From: Eledone cirrhosa
Taxonomy: Eukaryota
Assembly (NCBI GenBank): GCA_964016885.1
Contig: OZ024754.1
Span: 33,356,001 to 33,420,000, forward strand
Direction: 5' to 3'
Length of the DNA stretch: 64,000 nucleotides
The notes beneath the pieces are model-generated. The model searched no databases and was not told the DNA's origin. It saw only the letters and a program-made list of their open reading frames with translations. Positions 58,421 through 64,000 of this stretch are shown piece after piece (position 1 is the stretch's first letter; each line of letters begins with the position of its first letter). The position numbers and the translations under genes are program-made.

Positions 58421-58582
58421 AAATGGCTTCTACCGGACTAGAGCTGTTTCATTCGAAGGAAATCCTCAGGAAATCTTTCCTGTTGATTTCCTTCGAACGA
58501 AACAGTTCTAGTCCTGTAGAAGCCATTTTTAAATTAAATATTTATACTCTGCTAGTATTGAGTACCCGAATGAACCCGGAAT
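58421..58582 (+). mobile_element. Family 2 hairpin with back-to-back hammerheads, plus tail
   Basis: Arms 58421-58473 / 58476-58528; cores CTGAGGA (minus) and CTGTTGA (plus); tail contains GTATTGAGTAC. Confidence 0.82.
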
Positions 58583-58592
58583 ATACATATGT

Positions 58593-58647
<55 letters not shown>

Positions 58648-58683
58648 AGGTGAGTTTTATATATATATATATATAGGAAGTGA

Positions 58684-58732
<49 letters not shown>

Positions 58733-58738
58733 GTGTGT

Positions 58739-58788
<50 letters not shown>

Positions 58789-58791
<3 letters not shown>

Positions 58792-59053
58792 AGTTATATT
58801 TAATTTGTTGGAATTCCGACAAACATAAATGCTTATAACTGATATAGAGCACTCAACAGATAACTGGAGTAAATATTCCAAGATATTAATAAATGGAAAC
58901 TATATTTATAAAACCATATTTATTTTATGATATATATTTCAAGGGCGACCAAGCCAATCTTGGTGCGCTTTCATCAGATAAAATACAAAATTTGTTTTAT
59001 AAATAACGACATAACCATGGAAATCAACCTTAACGGTTGAAAATTCGCTGGAT
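58789..59053 (-). mobile_element. Family A element, colinear form, with intact hammerhead at 58921-58985
   Basis: Minus strand TATTTTAT-CTGATGA-AAGCGCACCA..TGGTCGCCCTT-GAAA-TATATA-TC-ATAAAATA followed by the tail. Confidence 0.85.
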
Positions 59054-59068
59054 ATATATATATATATA

Positions 59069-59112
<44 letters not shown>

Positions 59113-59679
59113 CCCTTCTGAGCAAAGAGGATGGGAAAAAAAACTTACTCCAACACTTACTCCAAATCTTTAATTTTTAGTTTTTATTAATTCTTTTTAA
59201 TTGTAATACTCAACATTTAGTTATACATTATATACATTATAAAACTCTTTTTTAAAAGAATTCTCCCTCTCATTTTTTCAATAATGTCACCTTGACGAAT
59301 CAAAGAAGGGTAAAAAAAGAAAAACAGACCTTAAAATATATTTTCCGTGCTATTTCCAACTTCACCTTTTCACTATATCCACTGTTTTGTATACAACCTT
59401 ACTTCCCTTTTCTAATATATAATTATATATATAATATATATATATAATATATATATATAATATATATATATAATATATATATATAATATATATATATAAT
59501 ATATATATATAATATATATAATATATATATAATATATATATATAATATATATATATAATATATATATATAATATATATATATAATATATATATATAATAT
59601 ATATATATATATTATATATATATATATTATATATTTATATTATATATATATATATTATATATATATTATATATATATTA

Positions 59680-60545
59680 TACAAATATATTACACAAAGA
59701 GAAGTGTGTTACACAGTGAGATGTGTGTAAAGAATCATTACAAGTGAGTTTAACCGTTACTGTATGGAGAACAATATCAAAATTTAATTACTAACCTGTA
59801 GATATTGTTCTGCATACAGTAACGGTTAAACTCACTTGTAATAATTATTTACACACATCTCACTGTGTAACACACTTCTCTTTGTGTAATAGTTTGTATT
59901 TGAGCTCAGAAGAAAATTCTCTATTCTTCTTTGAGTTAATATTATTATTATTATTATTACTGTGAACTGCGGAATACTCTTAATTCCGATCCTCGTATAC
60001 TTAACGAGCTCCAAATTGTTGAGCTAATAAATTCGAATGGTTGGGCTGCCTCTCTAGCATTTTCCCCAATCCATGAGAGCCGTTATTTGATGCAAATAAC
60101 ACGTGATTTTGTCCTACTCTGGGCAGCGTATATATTAGCTTTCTCTCTATCCATGAGGTTAGATGTGTCGTGAACAGTGTCCACATTTGCTGACTGAGGA
60201 ACCTGTGGGCTGTTAAACTGCACATTTCTGTGGCGAAACGAACTAGATTCGTATCAGCAAACTTATAGTTATAAGGTTGGTAATTTAAAACTCTACTTCA
60301 GAGATTTGATTCTGACTTAGTTTTTTTCTATTTAATTGCTAACCTGTAGATATTGTTCTCCATACAGTAACGGTTAAACTCACTTGTAATAATTCTTTAC
60401 ACACATCTCACTGTGTAACACACTTCTTTTTGTGTAATATATTTGTATTTGAGCTCAGAAGAAAATTTTCTATTCTTCTTTGAGCTAATATTATTATTAT
60501 TATTACTGTGAACTGTGGAATACTCTTAATTCCGATCCTCGTATA
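59680..60545. mobile_element. PLE-like non-coding element: inverted partial repeat + 215-bp repeat + 330-bp body + 215-bp direct repeat
   Basis: 59688-59778 is inverted to 59801-59891; 59783-59999 is directly repeated at 60331-60545; no TG..CA ends; (TA)n flanks. Confidence 0.7.
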
Positions 60546-60827
60546 TATATTATATATATATTTATAAAATAACAGATTAAAGTTTAAGCAAAGAATCGCT
60601 GCTTTCATCCTTAACGGGTGTTAATTAATAAATAAATCAACTAATACCTTAACACTTCACACAAAGTAAAACATTTCGTTTTAATCATTTTCTAACGCAG
60701 AAAAAAGAGAGAAAGAAATAAAAAAAATTAAAAAAATATATTTTTCTTCCTAATAACCGTCTCTTTCTCCCTTTTTTCATATATATATATATCCTAACTC
60801 GTGTGCTTCCTCTCCACATTTTATTAT

Positions 60828-60895
<68 letters not shown>

Positions 60896-61394
60896 TTGAG
60901 ATAAGCGGAGCAAGCAAGATTCAAACAATTTTTTAAAATAAATTAAAAAATATAATTTAAATATTTACCTATTCCAATTGCTTTTACCGACGGTTTCACT
61001 TCACAAAAGATTGGAGATCCCTGAGGACCTGCAATGGAAAAGTTTAGATCATCAGAAAGCATTTTCCTTTCCTAGGACTAAAAGTCCCAGGAACGGCAAA
61101 ATATATTGCCATCTGCCAGCTAGTACAGGATCGAATGGGGCCGAAAATTTGACCTATACATGAACCAGCCCGTAGTAGAAGCGGAAGTAAACATAGACGT
61201 ATTGTCTACCTCGCCACTAAAAATAGCAGCTAAATAGAACAACAGATTTGTTCTCTACATAACGGAGAATATTAGAAGTTAATATCACCACAGGTACTAA
61301 GTACCCCTGGAAATATATAGGGTGTCTATGATACAAGGGTTGTTCTATGGTATTAATTTGACATACCAGAACTATAATATTGAGATATATATAT

Positions 61395-61563
61395 AGTAAT
61401 AATAATAAATTTGAAGACTAAAATCCAAAGAGGGCTCGATAAGGATAAATATATATCAAATATATAAGAACCGTAGAGCAAATATTTATTAAAATAACAG
61501 AGATCCCGTTAAGGGTGAAAGCAGCGATTCTTTGCTTAAACTTTAATCTGTTATTTTAATAAA
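61395..61563. mobile_element. Family 4 hairpin-plus-tail element (truncated hammerhead)
   Basis: TTTATTAAAATAACAGA / TCTGTTATTTTAATAAA arms enclose GATCCCGTTAAGGGT-GAAA-GCA..TGC-TT-AAACT; another copy at 60561-60618. Confidence 0.7.
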
Positions 61564-61736
61564 TATATATATATATATATATATAACCCATCAAAGATTG
61601 AATAAAAGTAAAAGGTCAAAAGTATTATAGTTAATAATTCCTTGATTACAACATTCTATCTAAATATGCTTAAATCTTCCTTGACCAGATAGATATATAG
61701 AGAGAGAGATGGAGAGATGGAGAGATGGATGGATAG

Positions 61737-61796
<60 letters not shown>

Positions 61797-61991
61797 AGAT
61801 AGCAGCAATTGTGTGGGAGTCAGAGAAAGCTAAGTAGGTAGAAAGATATTAAATTACAATTCCCCTATCAAAGTTAGCACAAAGTGGTTGTCATATGACC
61901 CTTGTATTTTCTTATAATGATATACACACACAATCACACATGTATGTACATATACACACACACACACATTATATATATATATATACCCTTG

Positions 61992-62026
<35 letters not shown>

Positions 62027-62104
62027 ATGTCGGTCAAGTTGCAGCTATTCAACTCTGTCACATAAAAAAATAACAAACAACATCACCCTCTCACCTTACA
62101 ACAG

Positions 62105-62550
62105 ACCACACCATACTACACCACACATATACCACACCCCTCCACTTCACTCTACACCATACTACACCATACTACACCACTCCACTCCTCACACCTCCAC
62201 ACTAAACCCCTTCACTCCACTCCACACCACACACCTCCACACCACTCCACTCGACGCCAAACCCCTCCATTCCACACCACACACTTCCACACCACACCAC
62301 ACCACTCCACACCACACACCTCCACACCAAACCCCTCGACACCACACCACACACCTCCACACCACACACCACACCACACACCTCCACATCACTCCACTCC
62401 ACACCAAACCCCTCCACTCCACACACCTTCACACCACACACCTCCACACCACACACCACACCACACACCACACCACACCACACACCTCCACACCATACCA
62501 CACCACAAACCTCCACACCACTCCACTCCACACCAAACCCCTCCACTCCA
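62105..62550. repeat. Degenerate (CCACA/CTCCA)n pentanucleotide array
   Basis: Direct inspection. Confidence 0.9.
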
Positions 62551-63113
62551 GTAACGCCTGCCGGACTTTTTTTTCCATAATCGCGTAAAAATGTTCAGTT
62601 ATTAATTAGTGATTTTCTCCTACAAGACAAGAAAAGGACAGAACGACAAAACAAAACTGAAAGAAATAGGAAGAAAGAAAAGAATAAAAGAAACGAAATA
62701 CTGAACGATAGAAGAGAATATCTCTTTTTAAACAAATTTTCGCCAATGACCTACGACCTCTGGCGGAGAAACTGCAAACTACAAGTACCCCATTGAAGTA
62801 AGAAACAAGAAAAAATGGAGGAAGGGGTTAGAAGAAGGTGTGGAAGAAAAACAAAAACGGTAAAGGATAAGAATTGAAAGAGAAAGCGAAAATGAAACTA
62901 AGTGTTGAGAGGACAAATGTCGGGGTTGGGGTAAACTGTATTGTTAAGGGTTTGGGGTTAGGTTTTAGTGTTAGGGTCGGGGATATTACTTAATGCTATA
63001 GATAGTTTGGTAAGAGGGTAGTCAGTTTAAAATATCCATTCATATCTTATTCATTTAGTCAGTCACTATCATATCTTCTTTTAATATGCTTTTCATTTGA
63101 AAAGAATATATAG

Positions 63114-63170
<57 letters not shown>

Positions 63171-63302
63171 CGCATATATATATATATATATATTAATATA
63201 TATATATAACGCATATATATATATATATATATATAACCCATATATATATGCATCCCCTATATATATATATAACCCATATATATTTGTATGCCTTTATGTA
63301 TG

Positions 63303-63358
<56 letters not shown>

Positions 63359-63400
63359 GTGTGTGTGTGTGTATATATATTTGTATGCCTTTATGTATGT

Positions 63401-63462
<62 letters not shown>

Positions 63463-64000
63463 ATGCATTTATGTATATTTATATATATATTTATTTATAT
63501 ATATATGTGTGGTGTGTGTGTGTGTGTGTGTGTGTGTGTTTAAACAATATAAATAGGGAGGGTAGAGGGTAGAAAAGCCAGGGTTTAGAAGAAAGCGAGA
63601 CCAAACAAAATGGCGCCATGATTGCTAGTGGCGATATTTTAATTATCCCGTCTACATAACCTCTGTCCCCCTGATCATGGCACTCCTTCCTAACGATCAG
63701 CCTGCTGCGAGCTAAACGTTACAGATGTATGTAATACGTATGTATGTATATATGTGTGTATGTGTGTATGTATGTGTGTATGTGTGTGTGTATGTATGTA
63801 TGTATGTGTGTATGTATGTGTGTATGTATGTATGTATGTATGTATGTATGTGTGTGTGTATGTATGTGTGTGTGTATGTGTGTATGTATGTATGTATGTG
63901 TGTGTGTATGTATGTGTGTGTGTATGTATCTATGTATGTATGTATGTATGTGTGTATGTATGTATCTATGTATGTGTGTATGTATGTGTGTATGTATGTA

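Noticed and set aside
62920-62982. Telomere-like TTAGGG
   Set aside because: Only a few degenerate units, lying internally

Overview
This is AT-rich animal (non-bacterial) DNA, most likely intronic or intergenic sequence from a cephalopod. The octopus-like origin is inferred from the SINE families and the very high microsatellite load. Most listed ORFs are artefacts of micro- and minisatellites. Real coding signal is limited to transposable elements: a 5'-truncated but uninterrupted Penelope-like (PLE) RT + GIY-YIG frame (16873-18213), a second frameshifted PLE GIY-YIG fragment (~56.3-56.9 kb), an RTE-clade LINE 3' half (52.1-53.35 kb, minus) and a deleted mariner. There is also one weak candidate host exon (~34.2 kb). 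About 15 tRNA-derived SINE copies and several MITEs are present. The main hidden structure is a set of more than 12 short (150-400 bp) non-coding elements sitting in (TA)n tracts. They fall into at least five unrelated sequence families, and each carries a type I hammerhead ribozyme motif (CTGANGA...GAAA...NTH). Most are arranged as a fold-back hairpin plus a unique 3' tail, and some tails share a GTATTGAGTAC-like motif. All alignments and folds were done by eye; no database search was run.
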